This document shows positions 20,479-64,000 of a stretch of 64,000 nt of DNA, piece after piece. The stretch comes from Hormiphora californensis (taxonomy: Eukaryota > Animalia > Ctenophora). The stretch is from assembly GCA_020137815.1 (NCBI GenBank), contig CM035350.1, positions 5,704,001 to 5,768,000 of the forward strand, in the 5' to 3' direction. The notes under the pieces are model-generated. The model was not told where the DNA came from. It was given only the letters and a program-made list of their open reading frames with translations, and ran no database searches. Each line of letters opens with the position of its first letter. The first letter of the stretch is position 1. The position numbers and the translations under genes are program-made.

Positions 20479-21343
20479 GGAGCGGAAGGAAAGATAAATC
20501 TAGGATCCGAGCCACCGCGGAGCATTTAAATGACAGTGGACTATAAATTAGGAGAGAGAAAGAGATAGAACGATGAAGGGATAGGAAGAGAGAGAGAGAC
20601 AGTTTGTTCTAGTGTTTGTTTGTGTGTACCGTATTTTGAGAATGGACTAAATTGACATACCCAAACGCATGCCATATCCCAATCTCTCGCCCCTCTCCTT
20701 TTATAGTCTTTTCTCTCGAAGACACCGAATTTGAGGGATGAATTAAAGAAAGCTTAATTTTCAAGGAAGTTTCCCCGTTTTGCGAAGGCTCTGTTTTATA
20801 TAATTCACTCTTGTTTGATAAATAATATTCCTTTTACACGGCATTATCCCGGAATATTAGAACACCAAATAGTATACATTATTTTGCTGTTCACCAATAG
20901 AAGTTATAGTTTTTGTTTCTAAAGTCCTTTTTACCAAAATAGCTAGATGTACAATTTGCTGCTGGTCATTTGTTCAAAAAGATTTAAAAGTAGATTAATG
21001 ATTGTATCACGTCTGGGACGACGAATGCGAAACTACCAATATATTAATATAACTAAGCACATTGTTTCACCGAAGAAGAGTGTGTTTTTTTGTATCACAA
21101 TTGTGTGTGTTATACTCTGAGCTATTCTTATATTTCTGTTGCCTAAAATTACTGCGTGGTCTAATCTCCCTATGTGTGGCCGGGTAATTAAGCAGCCCCC
21201 GTAATTCTATCTCTGGCCTTCGTCTTTATAAAATTTCCTTTCCTTCTTTTACTCTTGCAGCTTGGGAGCAAGTTTAGGACTGTCTCCCTTCCTATCTTAT
21301 CGTCTTTCTACTATTTCTCTCTCAGTATCTCTGTTTTTCTCTA

Positions 21344-21405
<62 letters not shown>

Positions 21406-22442
21406 GACTTGTTATTACCCGGCCACAATTACCGACTGGAAGCTGGTTGTGAAAGCTGATCAGGGGCATCCAAGCATCACCGACATATCTCTCTGTTCAG
21501 GGTGTGTTCTGTCTGTGTGTGTTGCAGTGATATCACTACCCTGGTCCCATCCTCCAATGGGTCAGCTCATCATGTGCCATGTGGTGTGTCTGCAGTAAAC
21601 ATACCACTGTCTAATATTGCGCTGTTTAACCCAACTGTTGTGGCACAGCAAAATTCATGTTCATTTGCATTGTCATATTGTTATGTCTCGGTCTGTCTGA
21701 CGGTGCTTAGCTTTAGATTGAGATTGGGTCGGCGCCGGCAGACGGGTCTCATTGGTAGGCAACGGTTTTGCCCGCGTTTGCCTACGGGCGCGCGAACATG
21801 AGGGGCGCGACGTGCCCAAGCAATGGGTCAGATGTCATATTATAACTCATTCCTACAAGAAACCCTCGGGGGGCCATTTAAAAATAATACCCGCCCCCTG
21901 ACCCCCTGCTTATTGAGTGTTTTGTACGGATTCACTTGGCTCTGTTCCTCCTTTCTTCGCTACTTCCTGTTAATGAATGTTTGTGACTTGTGTACACATG
22001 CCCTATTGCAAATGAACACTTGCTCCTTTCTCCCGTATTTTTCTTTCTCTCTACCGTACCCCCATCTTTCCTCTGGTCTTAGCGCTACCGGAAGTGAGAG
22101 GGAGGCCGTAGAGGGAGGGAGAGAGAGGGACAGAGAGAGACAGAGAGAGACAGAGAGAGACAGAGAGAGACAGAGAGGGAAGGGAGAGAGAGATAAAACG
22201 TGTGTGTAGTTGTACTGCGTGTTCATTTACCACTGCTATATTATTGGCAAAACTCCCTGCCTTTTTTCGACGAACTTTTTCAATTTCAGAAAAAAGTTTT
22301 TCAGTCTCAATCCCCATAAACTAGTAAAATTATATTGAGATTATTGACTGTACCCTCACACAGTTGGCTTGATGTCAGAGCTGATGTTGATACTGGATTG
22401 GCTCACACAATTTCTGTACACTCACTAACACACCATGCCACC

Positions 22443-22509
<67 letters not shown>

Positions 22510-22941
22510 GTGTGATTCCACTGTGTTATGTACAACACTGCCAAGTGCCGTGTATGTTTGTTTTTACCTCGGCATAGCAAAGCGTAATTGTCTATGGCTA
22601 CTGTCCGTTTTACCATTTAATTCTCCAGGGTAGGCTAGGTTTTCACTCACACACATATTTATGCATACACGCTACATATAATGCTTGCGAACAGGTTATG
22701 TGATCATGAAGCGATCTGTTATCTATTTCCAAGAATTTTACCGGTTACTCCTTATCTGTTTTACAGAGATCTCATGTCTCGATCAGGTGATCACTTCAAA
22801 ATTCAGCTTCTTTTTTGAGAGTTCAGTGTTCATTCCATAGCGGAGCGAGAATAGGTTGCAATGGATCCAATTACTAGCGGTGTTTGTCTTGATTCCAAAC
22901 CAGCGGCAGCAGGCCATTTCATTTGTTACACAAGACTATCT

Positions 22942-23042
22942 GTCAGGCCAATGGTCTGACCTCAGTTCTCGTGCGCTCCGCGTGCAGAACTGGGTCTTAT
23001 TTGAGAGAAATGATAATAGTAGGGTCAGGCCAATGCTCTGAC
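22942..23042 (-). repeat. Dispersed paired 19-bp dyad motif GTCAG-agcattggc-CTGAC, copy 1
   Basis: Motifs at 22942-22960 and 23024-23042, in reverse orientation relative to the copies at 25339 and 55334. Confidence 0.7.
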
Positions 23043-23156
23043 AGAATACTATTGGGTCCTAGCAATTTCCCATTGGTCTCTATCCAATCACGGTCTGGCC
23101 GTGTGATGTGTGTAAAGCTCAATGTAGATAGTGATGGCTGAGAGAGTGTCATGGAG

Positions 23157-23203
<47 letters not shown>

Positions 23204-23289
23204 AGAGAGTGGAGAGCTATTATTAGAACATGTAGTTGTACAGTACAGCAGCTGCTCGCAAGCTCTCTGCCTTCTCTACCTTTCTCTGT

Positions 23290-23377
<88 letters not shown>

Positions 23378-24271
23378 TTTCTGTCTGGCTTGTGTCTACA
23401 ACTACTGCCTGCTGTAAGTCTACAATTCTATCAGTATCAAAACGAATTGTGGTTGAAACTCTATGTTGTTACTTTGTATTTTTGTCTGATTCCAGAATGT
23501 TCTAGAATTGAGTGTTTGTTATTTTCAGAATTGACTGACTTCTGCCGAAGCCCCAGGTGTCCTACTTCTACCCGTCCACAGAGATTTAATTCAATGATTA
23601 GAGAGGACCAAGGCTCTATAGCGAGATAGTGGTGGCAGGCTAGGTGGAGAGTTGGCAGGTGCTTAATTAATACACAGCATCTCTTGGAATGACTTCCATT
23701 TCTCTCTCATTTGTTTGGCGACCAGAAATAGCTAATATTGCAATACAGTTTGCAGTTAGACTTCCCATTAAGATATCCAGAAAGTTTAGTTTAAGTTTAG
23801 TTGTTGTCTTTATGAAGGAGCACTTGCAACAAGATAGTTAGATTCTGGGTAGAGTCCAAAGTTGTATGCTCTGCAGAAGGTTGAATCTTTATTCTTGCTA
23901 AACATTATGCATATATGCAAACCCGTATTTGGTATAATTAGAGCCCTCCATTGATGATCTATGCGTTGCCTTCTGTGGACAACCCAGATAAATACTTGAT
24001 ATACCGCATAATATGTAATATCAAAAGCTAACTAATGCTGTCTCTTTGAACAGTTTGTTACTTTACTGTGATTGTGTACTGTGTGTCATAGAAGTACTCG
24101 TGACGTAGGCACTGATTGCTTCTGCCTACTCATGTCTCTCTCTTTCTCTCTCTCATTTTCTCTCTCTCTCTCTCTCACCCGCGTCTCTCCGTCTCTTTAC
24201 GTTTGACTGTCACACGCTCATATAGCCATTGCGTATAACTCCTTCCTCCCTTGTTAGTGATTTTAGCAACT

Positions 24272-24684
24272 ATGGCTGACAAGTACTCCGAGTATGAATT
24301 CGATGAGTATAACACCAGGGCAGGACGAAAGGGAAGATCCAAAACTGAGGTATGATGAGTGTGATGAAATAATTCGTTGAACTGGTTTGTATTCTTGATC
24401 TGAATTACAGATTGATTTGAACCCTGGCCTAATATTAACTCCTCCTATTCTCCCAGACCGCACTTGAGAGGAAAAGTCACGCTGTTGAGGGACACAAACT
24501 TGCAGGCAAGATCAAGATTACCAAAACAATGATGAACTCTCACCACAACGAGGCGAACAGGAAGAATGTCCCAGTAAGGAAGGCCTCCAATGAGTCTACA
24601 GACGTCGAGGAGGAAGTTATTGAAGAGCCTGTCGAGGAAGAGGTCGTGGAGACCAAATCCGAGCTTGATATTGACAACATCTAG
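24272..24684 (+). CDS. NUPR1: NUPR1/p8-like small nuclear protein (101 aa, 2 exons)
   Basis: Exons 24272-24349 and 24457-24684 with a phase-0 GT-AG intron give MADKYSEYEFDEYNTRAGRKGRSKTETALERKSHAVEGHKLAGKIKITKTMMNS... plus an acidic tail. GRKGRSK.E..GH..K matches the p8 core. Not in the ORF track. Confidence 0.75.
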
Positions 24685-25338
24685 ACATCAACTACAGAGA
24701 GACAGATTGAGAGAAACAGACTCAGAGCGCCTGATGATGGTTGGCAGTGGTTATATCTGATTTATTCGTATATTTGAGTTTGTAGTAATTTTGGGTGCAA
24801 GAAAGAGAGCAAATTTTGCATATTGTTGGTAGCTTGCTTGCAGTGTGAAATATATTTTGATTGTAGCACCTAGATAACGTGATGTTAACATGGTTATACA
24901 TGCGAGTATGTGTGTATGTAACACGTAACTCTCTTATTTGTTGATTTGTTTAACTTTTAAAAACCGTTAAGTATCCGAGTCGTGATTTTCTTATAGCGGC
25001 AGTTAGATTTATACCAGCTGGAAAGAATTTAATACAGTAACAGGTAACATAACTTCATAAACTCTCAGTGAACACACAAACTTAAACAGGAAACATAAAC
25101 ACAACATCAGTCTCTGTTTCTTAGTCACCTCTCCTTTCTTAGAAATCACTGGTTCTCGACCAGTCCTCGTTAAAACATCTGAAAGAAAGGGATTTGGTCT
25201 AATCTGCGTAACAATTTGGTACTGATAAGTGCTAGTGCTCGGTCCCAGCGAACCGAAAACAAAAAAGAAATTGTAGGTCTCTCCCAATCACTAGGTCTGC
25301 CAGCGGTGCTTATCCCGTATTCAAAGCCCTAAGTACCT

Positions 25339-25398
25339 GTCAGAGCATTGGCCTGACCCATTCTCGCGCGAGAAATGTGGTCAGAGCATTGGCCTGAC
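25339..25398 (+). repeat. Dispersed paired 19-bp dyad motif, copy 2
   Basis: gtcagagcattggcctgac at 25339-25357 and 25380-25398, flanking the perfect palindrome ttctcgcgcgagaa. Confidence 0.75.
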
Positions 25399-25604
25399 AG
25401 CTAAGTACCGAGGTACTAAACTTACAGCGAATCGGAACATTTGAAAATGTTCGGAATTCCTTTACATTTTCCCAATCTGTCGGCTCTCACAGTGGGCCGA
25501 AGGCCCGGTGTGAGCTTACGCCGAATGGACAGACTGCGTAGCATCCATGGTAAGGAATTCCGCGGGATAGCATGATGTACTCACGTTAATAAAATGATGA
25601 GTCT

Positions 25605-26752
25605 CTAGTGCTCCTTAAAGTGTTCAATGCCCGCATCATTTATCACTCCGATATGCTGAAAAGAAGAGTAGTTCATTCAATACGCAAATATTCTCGAAAT
25701 CTCGATTTTGCATTTCCCGAACTCCGGTCTCCGTTTATTCCCACGGTCACACAGGTGCCGCGCGAAGATATCAGTTTTGAATCGCGCGTCGGTCGCGCGT
25801 TACAGTCAGTCGGAGGTGCGGGATGTGTCGCCAAGAACAACCACTTTATCTTACCGGGAGATCTCGGAAGAATTCGTTATAGTCCTGAAACAATAAATCG
25901 TATCAGAGAATGGAAATTGAATTAGGAAGAAAGGAAGAGATTGAAAAGGCAGTCAGCTATACAAGAGATTTCCATTCATATTTCATGAATGTACAATGTG
26001 CCAGTCTGTCAGAAGTGATGTTGATAGAACTTTACCACTCTTAGATTGCTGAAGTAATGTGCAATATTTTGAAATGCAGAGACAAACAAACACAATCTTA
26101 TAGAAACACACGGGGGATGCTGAAAACTTACTATTCCATACCCTACAATAAATCTGTCTTCCACGCTGAAGCCCACAACTGGAGAGGGAGGTGTATGGGT
26201 TGAATGAAAAAGGGAAATAGACACCATTCAGGCCCTCACTCTGACACCATTCACTCTGACACTATGAACAGGACAACAACATGTAGCAAAATACCGATTA
26301 TATGAAGGAGCAGACATTGAGTGAGACAAGTGCTGTATAGGTTCCGAAAGTTGTGTTGTTTAGTTTGTCTAGGAGAGAGAGAGAGAAAGAGAAGTTGATC
26401 ATGAGAATATGGCAATGAGTTGAAGAGAGAGAAGGCGTGGTAGAAAGGTAGGGAGAGACAGAAAGCCATGGATATAATTCACAAGAAAGATTCAAAGAAA
26501 AGGTAGAGGATAGCAGAGAAAGATAGAGAGATAGAGAGATAGAAAGAGCGATAGAAAGGGAGAGAGACTTACCAGACCATAACCAAGCACAAACTCATCA
26601 GGACAGCTAAAACCGATAACTGAAGAAAGAAAGAGAGTGCTGTAACATGCAGGTTACACTGAAGTGTTCACACAACATTTAGAATGTGTTATATTGACAG
26701 CGCATTACGTTAATATTCCTTGTGCTGCATTTTAGCACCAAACAAAACTTTA

Positions 26753-26817
<65 letters not shown>

Positions 26818-29800
26818 TATAAAAACAGTGATGAAAGATGTTCACAACTTACACTCAGGAATATATCCACAACTCTTGTCCGTTCGTTTCAGTAGTAAAC
26901 TGGAATGTAGGATAGACTTGAGTAGAAGTAGTCACAATCGAGCAATACAACTTGCTCAATGCTTCATAATCCGACATTTTACATGGTAATCCTAACCCTG
27001 AATCTGTCTAAGAAAGAGTCTAGTACCCTACCTAGCACATTGTACACTAGCAGGTGTGTACTCGTTGATAAGTTTTAGAGCCTTTGTCATTGTCATTCCC
27101 GTATCGACAATATCCTCAACTATCAACACGTGCTGAGGGGAGCGATTATTATGATAAGAGACTAATAGGAAGGCTGATGTGTGGGAAATAACGAGGGGTG
27201 AGGTGGGGTGGGTGGGCGCTGATTAAATGGGTGGGATGGGGGCTGATTAAATGGGTGGGGTGGGGGCTGATTAAATGGGTGGGGTGGGCGCTGATTAAAT
27301 GGGTGGGATGGGGGCTGATTAAATGGGTGGGGTGGGGGCTGATTAAATGGGTGGGGTGGCCGCTGATTAAATGGGTGGGGTGGGGGCTGATTAAATGGGT
27401 GGGGTGTGGGATAGAAACTGATGGGTTGACAGGTAGAGAGATCTATTTCCGGTATATCTTCACTAATATTTAGCAGGAGTTAGTTTTTCAACTTTGTAGA
27501 ATTCTCTTACTGTATGGGCTCATTGGATATACATAGAACATGTTTTCCGGGGTATTTTTAGAATACACAAGTTACTATGTAGATGAGAGTGTAGTAATGC
27601 ACTGTTTCCCTGGATAAACGAACTGATCCCTATCCCGTCCTGAGTCTTGTCTATGTATTTTCTGTCTAATATATCATTTGTCTAATACACCATTATAAAT
27701 GTAATTATATCATGATATTATTATCGCCACCCTCTTCCAGTTCTCCCCTCCTCATTCCCCTCTTCTTCCAGCCATTCAGGAGGAGGGGCATGTTAGTGTT
27801 TACTCAACAACTAATGTGGGACGGGTGTAGTTTCCGCGTAGAAATGTCATGAAAGTACTGCCGTGCTACTAAACGGAAGGTGACTGTCGGTAAAGACGTA
27901 ATGTAATGATTTTTACCCGCCATACAGTAAGTGTTTCTCTGAAACTTAAAAAGAAACGAATTCATTTTTCAGAAAATATAATAATGTAAAGAAATCTGAA
28001 TAAAAGTGGCATGCTAGACATCATGCACAATTTGTTCAGAGTTGTTATTAATAATGATATTATTGGTCCTCTCCTTACACCACGAAGTGTAGAAAAGTAG
28101 CAGCCAGACCAACCAAGATAGCAGCAACAGAGTAACTGGTAGGCACCACACTAGAATTCATTACATGTCCAGGGTAGTATGATTGATGAGCGCTCACCAC
28201 AATCACAGCCAGTAGAAAGAGAAGGGAGTAACGAAACATAGTGAGAGATATTGCTAGTGAGAATACATGTTAAACTGGTTGGAACTCGTTCCTGAAACAT
28301 ATTATATCACAAGAATAAAACAAAATAGTACAATCACAGTCTCTATTAAATGACTATTTTATCTCACTCTAATAAATGTTGCTTGCAAAGTCAAGCTAGG
28401 GATGAAATAAAGCACTTTTATCACGCACTTGGAAAGCAAAATCCATTAGTGATTTCAATGCACTGATTTGGGCTTCGGAATTAAAATTTTGTAGTACAAG
28501 TATTTCCGGGCATTGGGAGAATAGATTTGCCGCACTGAGTACAGAACATGACTGAGACTTTTGGTCCTTTTGAATTATCTGTGCTCCCTTTTAAGAGATG
28601 TGAGATGCGAATATTTATGATTTCATAATTTCGTTATCTTATAATAATGATAAACTTCCGGGTCGAGAATGAGGGAAATAATGTTCTAGAGGGGGTGAGA
28701 GGGGGTGAGGGGTTGGGACGGGGTGCTGGGACGGCAGGGGGTGGTTGAAGCGGCAGGTTCATATTGTTTATATTCACCTTTCCCTCAAGGACAGACAGGT
28801 CGGACAGGCCAATGACTTGGATTTCCCCAGTACTCGACACATTCTGGGAAGAGGTGGGGTTGGAATGTTATAGAAATAGGCGAATATAAAGATCCAGAAA
28901 CAATATTGTTTTCTTTGCGCCCTTTCTCGATATAATGAAGCTAAATATTTGTTCAGTTGAATATATAACACAAACAGTCCCAATCGTTCCATTGTTTATA
29001 CTACCAAACCACAGTGCAGACGATCTCTTTAACAAGCAATCTTTGTTGGCAACGAGATGGGCCGCCGTGATCTAACAAAAGTGATATAACTCCATTTAGT
29101 GGGCCGCCGTGATCTAACAAAAGTGATATAACTCCATTTAGTCCCAAAACAGTAAACTGGCTATAATAGAACAGTAGTGGTGGGATTATTTGTTGAATTC
29201 TCACTTACATGGTAGCTCTTCAGCCGAATGAACTCCACCTTGATAGACATGTTAATATCACTGGAACAAATAAACTTCTCCATAGCATCTACTAGCTCAC
29301 TGCAGAACTTGTAGCCGCCCTTTAGTACACACAACACTACCAGGCCCTTACACTCAGAGGGAAGGGTACCCAGGATGTCTACAGCCAGCTTGTGAGTCCT
29401 GTGAGTGAAGGGTTGTTAGGAGGGGTTGTGTGTTGCTTAGTAACCCGGCGGTAGTACTGCATAAATATAAGGGAAATTCAGGAATTGCAGGAGTCTGGGG
29501 ATTAGATGCCGGTATTGTAGATAACAAGAGGGGGAGATAATTTAATAACCAAATCAGATAAGAAGTGGGATTTCGTTCTTCAGGTCAACTCAACTCAACA
29601 CATCAATCTTACTAATCAATGGTAATTCTACTATCATGTACCTGTCCTTCACTAAGCCGTTAGGGATGAGAATCTTCTCGAGGAAGCTGGCATATTTCAC
29701 TGGGATGTTGAACATGTTGGTATCATAGCCGCTCTTATCTGGAATCTGTGGCAGGGAGGGGGGTTAATCAGGTTTGTAGCTGGGTAGCTGCATGACCTCA

Positions 29801-29848
29801 CACACTCACCACTAGACATTTTGATGCAACTTCTGGTGAGACAGACAT
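25605..29848 (-). CDS. HPRT1: Hypoxanthine-guanine phosphoribosyltransferase (224 aa) with two alternative 47-nt exons
   Basis: Exons: 29848-29810, 29745-29642, 29398-29209 (LCVLKGGYKF, EFIRLKSY), 28843-28778, 27132-27032 (VLIVEDIVDTGMT), 26899-26853 (LLLKRT), [26619-26573 or 26178-26132], 25884-25855 (DYNEFFRDL), 25655-25605. All are GT-AG and in frame. Confidence 0.95.
26132..26178 (-). CDS. HPRT1: HPRT alternative exon B: (F)VGFSVEDRFIVGYGI
   Basis: ctctccag|TTGTGGG...GGAATA|gtaagt; 47 nt, phase 1 to phase 0. Confidence 0.85.
26573..26619 (-). CDS. HPRT1: HPRT alternative exon A: (F)IGFSCPDEFVLGYGL
   Basis: ttcttcag|TTATCGG...GGTCTG|gtaagt; 47 nt, phase 1 to phase 0. Confidence 0.85.
27197..27405. 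repeat. 24-bp intronic minisatellite (gggctgattaaatgggtggggtgg) x~8
   Basis: Direct inspection; it produces the spurious GWGLIKWV ORF. Confidence 0.9.
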
Positions 29849-31038
29849 CCTGATTGGAATTTATATGTTCAAATTTATCAAATCTGGAAACAAAAAGTGC
29901 GAAAGAAAGTCGGGCGACTACCAAAATTAAATATGGTACCACCCCTGACCGCGAAGAGTGTGAGGTCTCTTCGATACCAAGTCACTCGTCACCACAAGTC
30001 TGACTTCAGATCTTGAGACTAAGACATTGCAGTTTCATGGTTTAAGTCTGCAAGTTCGTCGGGCAATGGTATCCAATTTACTTTGACTTTTGTTATAACA
30101 CCGGGGTTTCTTTTAGCGGAGAAGGGGGGGGGGGAAACTCCAACAAATCCCAGTATAATTACTCATAAGCAGGGTCCAGGGATGCAGCCCCGGTTGGGGT
30201 CTAGCCTGAGGGGAATCCCCCAGAAAAATGTTTGACATTTTAGCGAAGACCTAAATAAATCATCACAAAACCGTTCATTCTGGACTGTAGGCTAGCGGTT
30301 AGCGCATGCAAACACTTAACAGGAAACAGCCAGAGAACGCATGACGCAGGGGTGGCTCGCGACCTCCGGAGTCGTCCAGGGTGTCCGGGAAATTTGAGGT
30401 TGTTTGAAAATTGAAGGCAATTTGAGACAGTTTCGCCATGCCCTTAAATTCGTCGATGGACACCGCCCCTGCCCCCTGCCCCCTGGCATGACGCATCCAA
30501 CTGGAAATAAAATCTAAAAAACTGAAAAGAAAAAACTTTTTTGAACAGAAAATATTTTTTATTTCTCTTATTATTATATATTATTAACGCCCGACGCGCC
30601 GCGCGCTCATCTTATTTGGTACGCGCAATTACAAAGACGCGCGGCAGTTCGTCCTAAATTGCTGGATACAGCTGATTTTTGTCCAATTCAACCCCACGTC
30701 ACAATTCGAATAAAACAATTTAGTTTTGGTTAGAAGAAAACGAGAGCAGTATACTACATACATAAGACCTGTGCTGTTAGTTTAAATTGTAAAGGGTAAC
30801 TGAGCGTCCCATAAATCTTCAAACGTAAAAACCAAAACAGAGTGCTCGTGAGCGATAAATGTATTAACATAATACAGTTAACAATAAATTATAGAGACAC
30901 TTTCTTCTTACTAGCACAATAACAAGATATCATAGCGTGCTGTAACAGATAAAAAGAGAAATCCCACTATATATAAAGAAAAGCTATTCAAGAAAAAACT
31001 AACAAAAGATTAAAAATAAGAGAGCGGTGATGTTTATT

Positions 31039-63227
<32,189 letters not shown>

Positions 63228-64000
63228 CTGATGTATAGGGGGAGATGTGATGAGGGGGATAAAGAGATGCAGTCATGGGAGACTTTGGAGGGCTATTGAG
63301 ACGGTCTAGAGGAGATATAATGAGCGCCGAGGAGAGGAGGAGATATTGATAATCAGAGCTTTACGCCTTTACGTGATACGACGAGAGTAATTTCATATTG
63401 CCATTCATCTGCAGAGCAGTGGGGGATTGGGAGAGCCGGGAGACATTCTGGCGAGATATAGAGGGATAAGGAGGGAGGGGTTAGGGGAGCAGGGAGGCAT
63501 TCTGGCGAGATGTAGAGGGATAATGAGGGATGGGTTAGGGGAGTAGGGAGGCATTCTGGCGAGAGATAGAAACGCGCTTTGTTCAGAGCAGGTGTTCGAA
63601 CTCATGGTAAGGAAGAAGCAGCAGAGACCACTTTGTGGTGAGCTAATTGTCTCTCTCTAACTCTCTCTACCTCTATCTGATCCCTCTCTCGCTGCATCAG
63701 TGGAGTTTGTTTGGTGGTGGTAGGCATGTTATATACGTTTTATTCCTATAGTGGTAGTGTAATGAGAGCTTCATGCCCATCCCCATCTTCTAGAATTATG
63801 TTTCTTTTTCTCTCTGGTTCATCGCTATATTAAACTGAATACTGTTTCTCTATCTATTGACAGTCGAAATGAAGTCTAACCGTGATCATATTCTTATATA
63901 AAAAGGGCTCCTTATTCTCCTATATATAAACTATCTGCAGATAATCTCTTTCTATTAGACACATAACTGCAGGACAGTGGACGATGCATATGTCTGTACG

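Noticed and set aside
26300-26370. QHNFRNLY as a duplicate of the HPRT DYNEFFRDL exon
   Set aside because: The nearest acceptor gives an immediate stop in the required phase and there is no matching donor.

Overview
Eukaryotic, intron-rich, microsatellite-rich animal genomic DNA. Several features suggest a ctenophore such as Pleurobrachia (inference): many ~90-110 nt introns, antisense genes nested in introns, a splice-acceptor AG just before nearly every start codon, and a 113-bp hAT MITE. Left to right: the 5' part of a SEC23IP/DDHD phospholipase A1 gene (-) with an intronless GPCR (+) in one intron; an intronless DNase II (+); a SEPT7-like septin (+) whose P-loop exons cannot be found, coinciding with a garbled homopolymer block; a two-exon NUPR1/p8-like gene (+); HPRT (-); and >32 kb of a spectraplakin (MACF1/dystonin/Shot-like, -) that hosts two more antisense nested genes and a 1.3-kb palindromic TTAA-flanked transposon. 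Most notable: (1) two same-size, same-phase alternative exons for the purine-binding segment of HPRT; (2) a 13-copy tandem array of a complete 3' splice site in which only the last copy gives an open frame; (3) a nested secreted protein with two PCSK9-C-terminal/resistin-like modules; (4) a spectraplakin with no EF-hands before its GAR domain and a ~4.6-kb disordered insert. All exon models were read by eye, and isolated single-base frameshifts suggest the assembly has residual indel errors.
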